Source: a phage | Sequence record: PZ862964.1 | Strand: one strand, 5' to 3' | DNA length: 64,000 bases | In this document: positions 17,031 to 28,335 of the stretch, one piece after another | Layout of the letters: each line of letters starts with the position of its first letter | How positions within the stretch are numbered: the stretch's first letter is position 1 | Notes under the pieces: generated by a model | What the model saw: only the letters and a program-made list of their open reading frames with translations | Databases searched by the model: none | What the model was told of the DNA's origin: nothing | Made by a program: the position numbers and the translations under genes

Positions 17031-20000
17031 TTATTCAACCCATTCAAATTTAACCGTTTTATTCACTGGGTCAGGAATAATGCGAACATTACCAATTCGT
17101 AAGAAATCACGAATAGTAAGATTCCCCATTGTAGCATTATCAGATGGTAAAGCACCGATATCAGATGGTTGAGGAGGGTTACCTCCATCAAATACCTGAA
17201 CAAAACTTGACCAAGAGTTTTTGGTTTTCTGCCATGTACGTGTCCAGCGAGTGGTACGCGCTTCTGGAGTTGTTGGATAAGTAATCCAATCTTGGTAAAG
17301 TGAATCAAGTGTATTACCAAACTGAGTCAGTGTACCAGGAGATTTAACTTCTTCTCCACGTTCTAAGTATGGAAGCCCAGTCACTTCATTAGTTTTTTCA
17401 ACCATTTTAAAATAACCCGGGAATTGGTTATAAGTAGCTGAATCATTAATATCAATTGACCAGAATCCTACAGTATCAGATGTTGGTGCACGGGTGTATA
17501 AATCAGATGTTTTAGTACCCTGAGAACGAATTCTCGAGTTAACAGTCAAACCGCCTGAATTTATAGTAGCACCTTTGGCAATGATTAAGCTTTCACCAAT
17601 TGTGACTTGGCCAGATGCATTATTAATAGCTAAAGGACGTAATCCATTAAATCCGCCAGTCTGATCACCGGATGCAGTAAGCATAAAATATGTACTGCCG
17701 CCATCATTCCTGATAAAGAATCCATAATCACCGTTTATTGCTCTGAAAGCATTTGCAGACTTGCTAATGAATTCACCATTGGCTGTAACTGAACTACCAA
17801 ATGTTGCTACGCCATTCGCATTCAATGAACCGGAAGCGTTAACATTTATTGGCATCACAGTACCATTAATGCTAAACGTAATATTACCAGCTTTATTACG
17901 TTGAGAATAAAAGTGATTAGATGTTTCATCACCAACTTCAAATACAGTAGAACGCGTTGTATCTGATCCGCCACTAAACTGATTTCCCCAAACTCTGATA
18001 GTCATCGTCTGTGCTGGGTTAGTTCCAGTTTGAGGTCCTTTCTCAAAAATCAGACGAGTTGCTGTTCCAGTATTAGAAATAGTTAATGTACTATTTGCCG
18101 AAACTGAACCACCAAACGTAGCAGTACTAGATGATACAAGAGGGGCACTCAGATTCGTTTGTTGGGTTAAGGTTAGTGAACCATTAACCGTCTGTGCAAT
18201 ATCCCTACGAATGAACTGAGATGAATCTAGACCATCCAATAAATTACTATCTGCAGCTTTTGCTTTTAACGGTAAATAATTTGCTAATACACGGTTTAAT
18301 TCATATGGTGATATTGCATAGCTATTTTTCTCATACAGTTCTAAATCTTGGGTAGAACCGACTGTATCATTACCAACGAACGTAATTGAACCAGATGAAG
18401 TTTTAACAAAACCTCTTACCGCAGTAGTAGCTGCCCAGGTAGGTTCACTCTGCACAATCCATTTTAAATTTTTTGGAGATACAGCAGTATTTGCTGACGT
18501 TCCAGTCACAGTTTCAGACTGAGTTGCAACTTTAATAACACCTTCTTGCGATTCGGTAGATTTAGTACCTAAAAGCTTTTTAGGAGTTATTAAAACATTA
18601 TCTAATGTTCCTGCAGCAGCTTCAACTTGTGTAGCTACACGAAGTGTACCACGCTGTGTCTCATTTGCTTCAAGAATATTAAGGGTATAATGGTCCCAGA
18701 GAGTTCCTGATTCAACTAATCCAGATAGAGCAACAACAGAAGTACGATCAGTACTATTAAATCTGGTTTTAATTTTTAATGGTGTAGAGATACGAGTATC
18801 GTCGACGCCTGCGTCGAATTCAACTTGTGTAGCAATTTCAGCTATACCACTTAAACTTTCAGTTGCTCTACGGTCATTTAAAGTTTTAGGAGTGACTGCA
18901 CGAGTATAATCAGTTCCTGTATTAACTTCACTTTGCGTAGCAATTTCAATTAAACCAATTCTTCCATCAGTTGATGTCTTTTTATGTAACGTTTCTGGCG
19001 TTACAACAGCATTTGCCCATCCTTCTTGACTCTGTCCAGCAATTACTTCACTTTCAACTGCTAAAATTACTGCACCTTGTTGCGTTGGAGTAGCTTTATA
19101 CTGATCCAAAGCTTTAGGTGAAACAACTAAATTATTAGTGTTTTTATTATAAACGTTTGTACCATTTAATTCACGACTAGAAGCTGGAGTAGCGCCTGCG
19201 GTAGATACAAAAGTTACAATACCAGATAATGATTCAGAACCTTGACGAGCTTGAAGCTTTTTAGGAGTGATGATTGTAGTATCATCGGTTCCTGCATTAG
19301 TTTCTTGCTGCGTAGCAATTTCAGCAACACCTCTGCGAGTTTCTGTAGCAGTTCTTTCATTCAGCTTTTTAGGAGTAATGATAAGGTCATCTGCAAAAGA
19401 GAATGTGGTGTTCTGATTCACTTGAGCAGTAGTTGCTATTCTTGCAATACCTCTGCGAGTTTCTGTAGCAGTACGGTTAGCTAATGTTTCTGGAGTAATT
19501 GCTAATTCTTTTTGTGGAGAATTTTCTAAATCGACATTAGCTTGAGCTTGTGTAGCTAAAGCAATTACGCCTAATCTTGCTCTAGTAGAATCATTCAAAG
19601 AGTCTACTCTTTCTACGGTTGGAACGTTTTGTTGTACAACCCAGTATTTTCCATCAGAATCTTCTATATAAGCAAGTTGTAAAACTGGAACATAATTAGT
19701 TTCACCGTTAAAAACTAATTCTTGAACAGTTACCCATTCAGCTTCAGGCGGATATTCTGAACGTTTTGGGAATTGCAGCAATTGAACTGAAGAAGCAATT
19801 TTATCTTCACCGGCAGCTTTGATTTTAACTGTTTGTCCTTTTCTCATGTAATTCATGGAAATTTTAACAGTATCACCAACAGAAATATTAGTTGGAAGCT
19901 GAAGCTCAATTGTTTGAGTTGTTCCGTTATTCGCACCAAATACCATAACTTCTTCGTTTGGACGAATATTAGAATTAGTCGTTATAATGCGTAAACGTGC

Positions 20001-20900
20001 TTTACTATCCCCGTCAAACAATCTCCACAATTTCTCATTATCATCAAACATCAAGAAACCGTCAATCGATGTACGGCCTTCAATAGAATGAGTTCCAACT
20101 TCTTGTACTGAAGTCGTTTCATCGTATGTAGTAACAATTGTATGATAAAGTGGATTCAGTTTATCTAAATCAACGAAATTAATAATATCGCCATGATTAG
20201 CAAATCTTGGAAGTTTAACATTAATTGGTGCAGCAGAAGTAAATCTACGTACGATAAAATCATTTGATTGCGCTTGATAAGTATTCGCTGGTGTTACAAC
20301 TACAGCTTCTCTACTATAATCAGCTACATACATTTGCCACAGACGATTACTAAAAATTAAAACTAGCTGTGACTTTGGATGAGTCATTAGTACTGAACGT
20401 ACCTGTTCACCTCTAAAGTTTACAATACTTTGCACTGGAGCTACAATTAAAACTTGGTTAACTCCAGGTTTTCCTCCAATATCTTGGAGAACGATAGTAT
20501 CGCCATCAATTGGAGAAGATGGTAAAGTAAACGTGATGTCATTTCCAGCTGCGGTGTTAACCGAAATTGCTTCACTGGATTTTAATTGATATGAACCAGA
20601 TGAGACTGTAATCCAGTTAGCATCGGTACGTAATGCTCTCCAGCGTCCGCTATTAAAAGCTCCTGCTGGTTTTGGAATATCATTTATAGCAGCCCAAAAG
20701 CGGTTATCATAAATGATTACAAAATCTTTTAAATATCCACGAGTTGGATCATATTGTTGAACTGTGTTTTCTTGAATTAAGTAATCAACGTTAACACCGT
20801 CAGTTCCTACGGTACGATCAGCTAAAGCTACGTTGATTATTTTATCACCACCTGCGTCCAGACCATCTTCTGCTCTGAACTTTCTTTTAATCTCGGCCAT
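17031..20900 (-). CDS. 34: long tail fibre proximal subunit gp34
   Basis: 1289-aa ORF, same size as recalled T4 gp34; internal ~40-aa repeats; TATAAATA late promoter upstream. Confidence 0.9.
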   Translation of the reverse strand: MAEIKRKFRAEDGLDAGGDKIINVALADRTVGTDGVNVDYLIQENTVQQYDPTRGYLKDFVIIYDNRFWAAINDIPKPAGAFNSGRWRALRTDANWITVSSGSYQLKSSEAISVNTAAGNDITFTLPSSPIDGDTIVLQDIGGKPGVNQVLIVAPVQSIVNFRGEQVRSVLMTHPKSQLVLIFSNRLWQMYVADYSREAVVVTPANTYQAQSNDFIVRRFTSAAPINVKLPRFANHGDIINFVDLDKLNPLYHTIVTTYDETTSVQEVGTHSIEGRTSIDGFLMFDDNEKLWRLFDGDSKARLRIITTNSNIRPNEEVMVFGANNGTTQTIELQLPTNISVGDTVKISMNYMRKGQTVKIKAAGEDKIASSVQLLQFPKRSEYPPEAEWVTVQELVFNGETNYVPVLQLAYIEDSDGKYWVVQQNVPTVERVDSLNDSTRARLGVIALATQAQANVDLENSPQKELAITPETLANRTATETRRGIARIATTAQVNQNTTFSFADDLIITPKKLNERTATETRRGVAEIATQQETNAGTDDTTIITPKKLQARQGSESLSGIVTFVSTAGATPASSRELNGTNVYNKNTNNLVVSPKALDQYKATPTQQGAVILAVESEVIAGQSQEGWANAVVTPETLHKKTSTDGRIGLIEIATQSEVNTGTDYTRAVTPKTLNDRRATESLSGIAEIATQVEFDAGVDDTRISTPLKIKTRFNSTDRTSVVALSGLVESGTLWDHYTLNILEANETQRGTLRVATQVEAAAGTLDNVLITPKKLLGTKSTESQEGVIKVATQSETVTGTSANTAVSPKNLKWIVQSEPTWAATTAVRGFVKTSSGSITFVGNDTVGSTQDLELYEKNSYAISPYELNRVLANYLPLKAKAADSNLLDGLDSSQFIRRDIAQTVNGSLTLTQQTNLSAPLVSSSTATFGGSVSANSTLTISNTGTATRLIFEKGPQTGTNPAQTMTIRVWGNQFSGGSDTTRSTVFEVGDETSNHFYSQRNKAGNITFSINGTVMPINVNASGSLNANGVATFGSSVTANGEFISKSANAFRAINGDYGFFIRNDGGSTYFMLTASGDQTGGFNGLRPLAINNASGQVTIGESLIIAKGATINSGGLTVNSRIRSQGTKTSDLYTRAPTSDTVGFWSIDINDSATYNQFPGYFKMVEKTNEVTGLPYLERGEEVKSPGTLTQFGNTLDSLYQDWITYPTTPEARTTRWTRTWQKTKNSWSSFVQVFDGGNPPQPSDIGALPSDNATMGNLTIRDFLRIGNVRIIPDPVNKTVKFEWVE
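18465..19598 (-). repeat. tandem ~40-aa coding repeats within gp34
   Basis: About 8 repeats of pattern T.E.R.G.A.IAT...TP..L between residues ~435-812. Confidence 0.6.
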
Positions 20901-20934
20901 TCTTCCGGGCTCCTATTGTGTTTTCAATAATAAG

Positions 20935-20942
20935 TATTTATA
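20935..20942 (-). promoter_or_regulatory. late promoter (TATAAATA) for gene 34
   Basis: TATAAATA on minus strand 34 nt upstream of gene 34 ATG. Confidence 0.6.
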
Positions 20943-20945
20943 CTT

Positions 20946-20975
20946 GTTTACTTTAAGATTTGGATGGTATATAAT
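20946..20975 (+). promoter_or_regulatory. early-type promoter for rnh operon
   Basis: GTTTAC, spacer, TGGTATATAAT; divergent from the gene 34 late promoter. Confidence 0.55.
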
Positions 20976-21004
20976 AGAAATCTCACTAATTGAACGAGGT
21001 TCAT

Positions 21005-21922
21005 ATGGATTTAGAAATGATGCTGGATGAAGATTACAAAGAAGGAATTTGCTTAATTGACTTTAGTCAAATTGCGCTTTCAACTGCTTTAGTAAACTTC
21101 CCAGATAAAGAAAAAATTAATTTATCAATGGTTCGTCATTTGATATTGAACTCAATTAAGTTTAATGTCAAAAAAGCAAAAACGCTTGGATACACTAAAA
21201 TTGTACTGTGTATTGATAACGCGAAATCTGGATACTGGCGTCGTGATTTCGCGTATTATTACAAGAAAAACCGTGGAAAAGCACGAGAAGAATCTACTTG
21301 GGACTGGGAAGGTTATTTTGAATCCAGTCATAAAGTTATAGATGAATTGAAAGCTTATATGCCATACATCGTTATGGATATTGATAAGTATGAAGCAGAT
21401 GACCATATTGCTGTTTTGGTTAAAAAGTTCTCTTTAGAAGGACATAAGATTTTAATCATTTCGTCGGATGGTGACTTTACTCAACTTCACAAATACCCAA
21501 ATGTTAAGCAATGGTCACCGATGCACAAGAAATGGGTTAAAATTAAAAGCGGTTCTGCTGAAATTGACTGTATGACTAAAATCCTTAAAGGTGACAAAAA
21601 GGATAACGTTGCTTCAGTTAAAGTACGATCTGACTTCTGGTTTACCAGAGTTGAAGGTGAACGAACTCCTTCAATGAAAACTTCAATCGTTGAAGCTATT
21701 GCTAATGACCGTGAGCAAGCTAAGGTGCTTCTCACTGAATCTGAATATAATCGATATAAAGAAAATTTAGTTCTAATTGATTTTGATTATATTCCTGATA
21801 ATATTGCTTCAAACATTGTGAATTACTATAATTCATATAAATTACCACCGCGTGGCAAAATTTATTCATATTTTGTAAAAGCGGGTCTTTCTAAATTAAC
21901 TAATAGCATTAATGAATTTTGA
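21005..21922 (+). CDS. rnh: RNase H (5'-3' exonuclease)
   Basis: 305-aa ORF from MDLEMMLDEDYKEG after SD GAGG; agrees with recalled T4 RNase H; ORF-track start 20990 is TTG. Confidence 0.9.
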   Translation: MDLEMMLDEDYKEGICLIDFSQIALSTALVNFPDKEKINLSMVRHLILNSIKFNVKKAKTLGYTKIVLCIDNAKSGYWRRDFAYYYKKNRGKAREESTWDWEGYFESSHKVIDELKAYMPYIVMDIDKYEADDHIAVLVKKFSLEGHKILIISSDGDFTQLHKYPNVKQWSPMHKKWVKIKSGSAEIDCMTKILKGDKKDNVASVKVRSDFWFTRVEGERTPSMKTSIVEAIANDREQAKVLLTESEYNRYKENLVLIDFDYIPDNIASNIVNYYNSYKLPPRGKIYSYFVKAGLSKLTNSINEF

Positions 21923-21930
21923 GGTGAATA

Positions 21931-22200
21931 ATGGCTAAAAAAGAAATGGTTGAATTTGATGAAGCTATCCACGGCGAAGACTTGGCTAAATTTATTAAAG
22001 AAGCATCTGATCATAAACTGAAAATTTCTGGTTATAATGAATTGATTAAAGATATTCGAATTCGTGCCAAAGATGAACTTGGCGTTGATGGTAAGATGTT
22101 TAATCGTCTATTAGCTTTGTATCATAAAGATAATCGTGATGTGTTTGAAGCTGAAACTGAAGAGGTAGTTGAACTTTATGACACAGTTTTCTCTAAATGA
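21931..22200 (+). CDS. dsbA: dsDNA-binding protein DsbA
   Basis: 89-aa ORF MAKKEMVEFDEAIHGEDLAKF...; size and position as T4 dsbA. Confidence 0.85.
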   Translation: MAKKEMVEFDEAIHGEDLAKFIKEASDHKLKISGYNELIKDIRIRAKDELGVDGKMFNRLLALYHKDNRDVFEAETEEVVELYDTVFSK

Positions 22201-22516
22201 TATTCGTCCGGTCGATGAGACCGGTCTTTCAGAAAAAGAACTTTCAATTAAGAAAGAAAAGGATGAAATAGCAAAGCTTCTTGACCGCCAAGAAAATGGA
22301 TTTATTATTGAAAAAATGGTAGAAGAGTTTGGAATGAGTTATCTTGAAGCTACAACAGCGTTCTTAGAAGAAAATTCTATTCCTGAAACTCAATTTGCTA
22401 AATTTATTCCTTCGGGTATAATTGAAAAAATTCAGTCAGAAGCTATCGACGAAAATCTTTTACGTCCTTCTGTTGTTCGTTGTGAAAAAACTAATACATT
22501 AGATTTTCTACTATGA
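22178..22516 (+). CDS. 33: late transcription co-activator gp33
   Basis: 112-aa ORF from MTQFSLNDIRPV; overlaps dsbA 3' end; SD GAGG upstream. Confidence 0.8.
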   Translation: MTQFSLNDIRPVDETGLSEKELSIKKEKDEIAKLLDRQENGFIIEKMVEEFGMSYLEATTAFLEENSIPETQFAKFIPSGIIEKIQSEAIDENLLRPSVVRCEKTNTLDFLL

Positions 22517-23166
22517 TTAAACTCCGCATGCCTGCTGGTGGTGAAAGATACATTGATGGTAAATCAGTTTATAAATTATACTTAATGATAAAACAACATA
22601 TGAATGGAAAGTATGATGTAATTAAGTATAATTGGTGCATGCGGGTGTCTGATGCCGCTTATCAAAAGCGAAGGGATAAGTATTTTTTCCAGAAGTTATC
22701 AGAAAAATATAAATTAAAGGAACTTGCTTTAATCTTTATAAGCAATCTTGTTGCTAACCAAGATGCTTGGATTGGTGACATCTCTGACGCTGATGCACTT
22801 GTGTTTTATCGTGAATATATCGGACGCTTAAAGCAAATTAAATTTAAGTTTGAAGAAGATATTCGCAACATTTATTATTTTAGTAAAAAAGTTGAAGTTT
22901 CTGCTTTTAAAGAAATCTTTGAGTATAATCCAAAAGTTCAATCAAGTTATATTTTTAAACTACTTCAATCGAACATAATTTCGTTTGAGACGTTTATCTT
23001 GCTTGATTCGTTTTTAAATATAATCGATAAACATGATGAACAGACTGATAATTTAGTCTGGAATAATTATTCTATAAAGTTAAAGGCTTATAGAAAAATT
23101 TTAAATATTGATTCACAGAAAGCTAAAAGTGTTTTCATTGAAACTGTGAAATCTTGCAAGTATTAA
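22513..23166 (+). CDS. 59: helicase loader gp59
   Basis: 217-aa ORF MIKLRMPAGGERYIDGKSVYKLYLMIKQHMNG; agrees with recalled T4 gp59. Confidence 0.9.
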   Translation: MIKLRMPAGGERYIDGKSVYKLYLMIKQHMNGKYDVIKYNWCMRVSDAAYQKRRDKYFFQKLSEKYKLKELALIFISNLVANQDAWIGDISDADALVFYREYIGRLKQIKFKFEEDIRNIYYFSKKVEVSAFKEIFEYNPKVQSSYIFKLLQSNIISFETFILLDSFLNIIDKHDEQTDNLVWNNYSIKLKAYRKILNIDSQKAKSVFIETVKSCKY

Positions 23167-23174
23167 TTGCTTAT

Positions 23175-23182
23175 TATAAATA
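23175..23182 (+). promoter_or_regulatory. late promoter-like TATAAATA upstream of gene 32
   Basis: TATAAATAGATTATAAT about 85 nt upstream of gene 32 ATG. Confidence 0.45.
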
Positions 23183-23199
23183 GATTATAATTATCTCAC

Positions 23200-23265
23200 T
23201 GACCAGCTATGAGGTCATACATCGTCATAGCACCAACTGTTAATTAAATTAAAAAGGAAATAAAA
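23200..23265 (+). promoter_or_regulatory. gene 32 translational operator (pseudoknot plus A/U-rich leader)
   Basis: Interleaved pairings TGACC/GGTCA and GCTATGA/TCATAGC (23200-23231) followed by TTAATTAAATTAAAAAGGAAATAAAA. Confidence 0.7.
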
Positions 23266-24174
23266 ATGTTTAAACGTAAATCTACTGCTGAACTCGCTGC
23301 ACAAATGGCTAAACTGGCTGGAAATAAAGGTGGTTTTTCTTCTGAAGATAAAGGTGAGTGGAAACTGAAACTCGACAATGCGGGTAACGGTCAAGCAGTA
23401 ATTCGTTTTCTTCCGTCTAAAAATGATGAACAAGCACCATTCGCAATTCTTGTAAATCACGGTTTCAAGAAAAACGGTAAATGGTATATTGAAAACTGTT
23501 CATCTACCCACGGTGATTACGATTCTTGTCCAGTATGTCAGTACATCAGTAAAAATGATTTGTACAATACTGACAATAAAGAGTACGGTCTTGTTAAACG
23601 TAAAACTTCTTACTGGGCTAACATTCTTGTAGTAAAAGACCCAGCTGCTCCAGAAAATGAAGGTAAAGTATTTAAATACCGCTTCGGTAAGAAAATCTGG
23701 GATAAAATCAATGCAATGATTGCAGTTGATGTTGAAATGGGTGAAACTCCGGTTGATGTAACTTGTCCGTGGGAAGGTGCTAACTTTGTACTGAAAGTTA
23801 AACAAGTTTCTGGTTTTAGTAACTACGACGAATCTAAATTCCTGAATCAATCTGCGATTCCAAACATTGATGATGAATCTTTCCAGAAAGAACTGTTCGA
23901 ACAAATGGTTGACCTTTCTGAAATGACTTCTAAAGATAAATTCAAATCGTTTGAAGAACTGAGCACTAAATTCGGTCAAGTTATGGGAACTGCTGTGATG
24001 GGCGGTGCTGCTGCAACTGCTGCTAAGAAAGCTGATAAAGTTGCTGATGATTTGGATGCATTCAATGTTGATGACTTCAATACAAAAACTGAAGATGATT
24101 TTATGAGCTCAAGCTCTGGCAGTTCATCTAGTGCTGATGACACGGACCTGGATGACCTTTTGAATGACCTTTAA
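23266..24174 (+). CDS. 32: ssDNA-binding protein gp32
   Basis: 302-aa ORF with zinc site [14 protein letters not shown] and acidic C-terminus; agrees with recalled T4 gp32. Confidence 0.95.
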   Translation: MFKRKSTAELAAQMAKLAGNKGGFSSEDKGEWKLKLDNAGNGQAVIRFLPSKNDEQAPFAILVNHGFKKNGKWYIENCSSTHGDYDSCPVCQYISKNDLYNTDNKEYGLVKRKTSYWANILVVKDPAAPENEGKVFKYRFGKKIWDKINAMIAVDVEMGETPVDVTCPWEGANFVLKVKQVSGFSNYDESKFLNQSAIPNIDDESFQKELFEQMVDLSEMTSKDKFKSFEELSTKFGQVMGTAVMGGAAATAAKKADKVADDLDAFNVDDFNTKTEDDFMSSSSGSSSSADDTDLDDLLNDL

Positions 24175-24196
24175 TAGATTATATTACTAATTAATT

Positions 24197-24221
24197 GGGG
24201 ACCTCTAGGGTCCCCTTTTTT
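24197..24221 (+). terminator. intrinsic terminator after gene 32
   Basis: GGGGACC-TCTA-GGGTCCCC followed by TTTTTT. Confidence 0.7.
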
Positions 24222-24246
24222 ATTTCAAAAATTTTTTCACAAAATG

Positions 24247-24276
24247 GTTTACATCCTTGTCCTTCCATGGTACTAT
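24247..24276 (+). promoter_or_regulatory. early-type promoter
   Basis: GTTTAC, 18 nt, TACTAT; flanks near-identical to the motA cassette. Confidence 0.6.
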
Positions 24277-24319
24277 ACAACTATCGGCAATACTGCTGAT
24301 GATTAAAGAGGAAAATAAT

Positions 24320-24550
24320 ATGGCTAAAGTTGATATTGACATCGTTGATTTTGAATATATCGAAGAAATTATTCGTAATCGTTATCCTGAACTTAGTATC
24401 ACAAGTATTCACGATGATCCCAATTATTGTAATTTTTCTATTGTCATTGAAGGTCCTCTTGAAGACCTCACCCGCTTTATGGCTAATGAATACTGTGATG
24501 GCATGGATTCTGAAGACGCAGAATTTTACATGGGATTGATTGAACAATAA
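24320..24550 (+). CDS. hypothetical acidic protein (76 aa)
   Basis: ATG after SD AAAGAGGAAAA; strongly acidic; ORF-track start 24257 crosses the promoter. Confidence 0.55.
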   Translation: MAKVDIDIVDFEYIEEIIRNRYPELSITSIHDDPNYCNFSIVIEGPLEDLTRFMANEYCDGMDSEDAEFYMGLIEQ

Positions 24551-24594
24551 TTATCAAGGGGCTATTACAGCCCCGTTAAAATGAGGAAAACGTA

Positions 24595-24960
24595 ATGTAT
24601 ATCGGCAAAAAGTATGAACTTGTTCCAAGACTTATTGATACATTTATTAATTATCGCCCACGTTCTAATTCATCAATAGTTAAAATTATTCAAGAAAATG
24701 GAGGATGGTTTGAAGTTAAAGAAGCTTTCTTTGTTGATGGATTTAGAGTAATAAAACACATTGAATGCGCAAATGGAAAGCATTTTTACTTTAACGTTTG
24801 TGAAGACGAATTTCATTGTTTTCGTGAGTATAAAGAACCGACTTCTGAAGAAGATGAAGTCAAAGACGAGGTTTATGGCGTAACAAAAATTCACTGCATT
24901 GTTGACGAAAACAATGTAGATGAAATCATTGAACTTTTGCGAAAAACTTTCAAAAAGTAG
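24595..24960 (+). CDS. hypothetical protein (121 aa)
   Basis: ORF with SD GAGGAAAACGTAATG. Confidence 0.55.
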   Translation: MYIGKKYELVPRLIDTFINYRPRSNSSIVKIIQENGGWFEVKEAFFVDGFRVIKHIECANGKHFYFNVCEDEFHCFREYKEPTSEEDEVKDEVYGVTKIHCIVDENNVDEIIELLRKTFKK

Positions 24961-24989
24961 TTTACAGAAGGGTAGTAGTGTGATACTAT
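24960..24989 (+). promoter_or_regulatory. early-type promoter nested in inverted repeat
   Basis: GTTTAC, 18 nt, TACTAT; arms GGGTA (24970-24974) and TACCC (24990-24994). Confidence 0.45.
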
Positions 24990-25019
24990 TACCCTATCAA
25001 AACTAATGGAGAAAAGAAA

Positions 25020-25088
25020 ATGTTCGCACCTTATATTATGGCAGCAGTTATGTTGGTCTGTTTATATCTTTTGATTAAAGCTTGCTAA
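25020..25088 (+). CDS. hypothetical 22-aa hydrophobic peptide
   Basis: MFAPYIMAAVMLVCLYLLIKAC after SD GGAG and an early-type promoter; weak evidence. Confidence 0.3.
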   Translation: MFAPYIMAAVMLVCLYLLIKAC

Positions 25089-25098
25089 GGAGAATAAA

Positions 25099-25341
25099 AT
25101 GAGATTACAACGCCAGAGCATCAAAGATTCAGAAGTTAGAGGTAAATGGTATTTTAATATCATCGGTAAAGATTCTGAACTTGTTGAAAAAGCTGAACAC
25201 CTTTTACGTGGCATGGGATGGGAAGATGAATGTGATGGGTGTCCGCTTTATGAAGACGGTGAAAGCGCAGGATTTTGGATTTATCACTCTGACGTCGAGC
25301 AGTTTAAAGCTGATTGGAAAATTGTGAAAAAGTCTATTTGA
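25099..25341 (+). CDS. hypothetical protein (80 aa)
   Basis: ORF with SD TAAGGAG. Confidence 0.55.
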   Translation: MRLQRQSIKDSEVRGKWYFNIIGKDSELVEKAEHLLRGMGWEDECDGCPLYEDGESAGFWIYHSDVEQFKADWKIVKKSI

Positions 25342-25351
25342 GGAAAATATT

Positions 25352-25684
25352 ATGTCTGACATTCATGTAACTGGAATTTCACAAGTAAACATCCGCTGCC
25401 AATTTAAAACTGTACCTGGGGTGACTCATATTACTTTATCACACGACCCATATTCTCGTGGAAGACAGTTAACTGGTATAATTAAGTTTTTCGGTGGAAT
25501 TGGCGGAAACGAATTTACTATAGGCGATGACGAAATTGTTGGCTGTAAATTAAAAGTTCAGAAGGGCGTGTTAGAACTTTTTAGTGATGAAGTTTTTGAT
25601 GAAATCTCACGAGCAGTTAACAAAGGAATGTTAACGTTAATTAAAATGATTAAAGCTAGCGGATATGTTCCTGATCCTTTTTAA
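25352..25684 (+). CDS. hypothetical protein (110 aa)
   Basis: ORF with SD GAGGAAAATATTATG. Confidence 0.55.
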   Translation: MSDIHVTGISQVNIRCQFKTVPGVTHITLSHDPYSRGRQLTGIIKFFGGIGGNEFTIGDDEIVGCKLKVQKGVLELFSDEVFDEISRAVNKGMLTLIKMIKASGYVPDPF

Positions 25685-25695
25685 TAGGAGATAAT

Positions 25696-26522
<827 letters not shown>

Positions 26523-26541
26523 AATAACGCGTGGCGGAAAT

Positions 26542-26889
26542 ATGAATTTTAATTATTACCCTATTCTATTAGAAAAAGACGTGAAACAACCTAAATGGCA
26601 GGGTCCTCAGTTTATTAAAGGCGTCTATCAATTAGTAGTTCCTAAAGACAAAATTTATAGCAGTTGTTTCACTGAATCCGCTTGCAGTATTTTCGGTAAT
26701 AGTTCTTCGTATTGGAATTTTGACATAAAGCTGGATAGAAATATCGATATTTGGTTGAAAGCTATGGATATTGGTAATATCACGTTTGATGAGAATAATT
26801 ATCATATTATTGGTCGCTTTTCCAAACGCGGTAAAGAATTATATTTCACGCCTGAAATTGAAAGAAAATTTGATGCTAAACCGTATTGA
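26542..26889 (+). CDS. hypothetical protein (115 aa), orphan ORF inserted between frd and td
   Basis: ORF in a ~410-bp segment separating frd and td; no recognisable nuclease or other motif. Confidence 0.5.
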   Translation: MNFNYYPILLEKDVKQPKWQGPQFIKGVYQLVVPKDKIYSSCFTESACSIFGNSSSYWNFDIKLDRNIDIWLKAMDIGNITFDENNYHIIGRFSKRGKELYFTPEIERKFDAKPY

Positions 26890-26934
26890 TTATTCAGCTT
26901 CATAAAATGTATTATAATTTATATAAGGTACTAA

Positions 26935-27795
26935 ATGAAACAATACCAAGATTTAATTAAAGACATTTTTGAAAATGGCTATGAAACCGATGACCGAACA
27001 GGCACAGGAACAATTGCTTTGTTCGGTACTAAATTACGCTGGGATTTAACTAAAGGTTTTCCTGCAGTAACAACTAAGAAGCTCGCCTGGAATGCATGTA
27101 TTGCTGAGCTTCTATGGTTTATTTCCGGTTCTACCAATGTTAATGATTTACGTCTTCGCACTCATGGCAGTCTTATTCAAGGTAAAACTATTTGGGACGA
27201 TAACTATGAAAACCAGGCTAAAGACCTAGGATATCATAGTGGTGAACTTGGTCCTATATACGGTAAACAATGGCGTGATTTCGGTGGTGTGGATCAATTA
27301 GTTGAAACTATTGATCGTATTAAAAAATTACCAACTGATCGACGTCAAATCGTTTCAGCATGGAATCCAGCTGAAATCAATCAAATGGCATTACCGCCCT
27401 GTCATATGTTCTATCAGTTTAATGTGCGTAATGGTTATCTTGATTTACAATGGTACCAAAGAAGTGTAGATGTTTTCTTGGGCTTGCCATTCAACATTGC
27501 CTCGTACGCTGCCTTGACGCATATTGTGGCTAAGATGTGTAATCTTATCCCAGGAGATTTGATATTTTCCGGTGGTAATACTCACATCTATATGAATCAT
27601 ACTGAGCAATGTAAAGAAATTTTACGTCGTGAGCCTAAAGAACTGTGTGAACTTAAAATTGATTGGCCTATAGAGTTTGGAAATTGTGACACCGAAACGC
27701 AGCTTTACTGGTTAACTGAATACATGAAACCGAAAGATTTTATCCTTGAAAATTATGAATCGCATCCAGCAATTAAAGGGAAAATGGCAATATGA
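26935..27795 (+). CDS. td: thymidylate synthase (uninterrupted, no intron)
   Basis: Continuous 286-aa ORF with TS active-site motif LPPCH and N-terminus [15 protein letters not shown]. Confidence 0.95.
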
Positions 27796-28055
27796 TTTTA
27801 CGATTTAAAGATACTTCTGGCGTTGTTCTTTTTACACTTCCTAACCCAAGCGAGTTAGAAGTTCCAGGACCAGAACAGCCTATTACCATTTATGGTAAAA
27901 AATACTATACTCATAAAATGACTCGTGAGTATTTTGATAATAAAATTTCCACAGTTAAAACTTCTTCTGACTGTTACTACGATATTACTGTTTTAACGGA
28001 AAAACAATATGACGAATTATTCCAGCGTGGGCCGTCTATGCCGGGTAGTGAATAA
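27792..28055 (+). CDS. hypothetical protein (87 aa)
   Basis: ORF overlapping td stop (ATGA). Confidence 0.55.
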
Positions 28056-28335
28056 ATACAAATCCGACTTTGATGTTAATATTCACCGCGGTACATTTTG
28101 GGGAAATTACGTCGGTAAAGATGCTGGCAGCCGGGAGGCTGCCATTGAATTATTCAAAAAAGATTTTATACGTCGAATTAAATCCGGAGAAATAACTAAA
28201 GCACATTTAGAGCCTTTACGTGGAATGAGGCTAGGATGCACATGTAAACCAAAGCCGTGTCATGGTGATATAATAGCTCATATAGTTAACCGATTGTTTA
28301 AAGACGATTTTCAAGTTGAGGACTTATGCAATTAA
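28009..28335 (+). CDS. hypothetical protein (108 aa)
   Basis: ORF overlapping previous by 47 nt; Cys/His cluster CTCKPKPCH. Confidence 0.5.

Noticed and set aside
19242-19484. Antisense 80-aa ORF with internal repetition
   Set aside because: Mirror image of the gp34 coding repeats on the non-coding strand; no translation signals.
20833-21030. 65-aa ORF spanning the gene 34 / rnh divergent region
   Set aside because: It overlaps the gene 34 start on the opposite strand and both divergent promoters; no SD; the region is regulatory.
23168-23191. Possible MotA box (TTGCTTAT) plus TATAAT upstream of gene 32
   Set aside because: Box-to-hexamer spacing is about 11 nt rather than the 13 nt seen at the uvsY promoter and the box deviates from consensus; left as unresolved rather than annotated.
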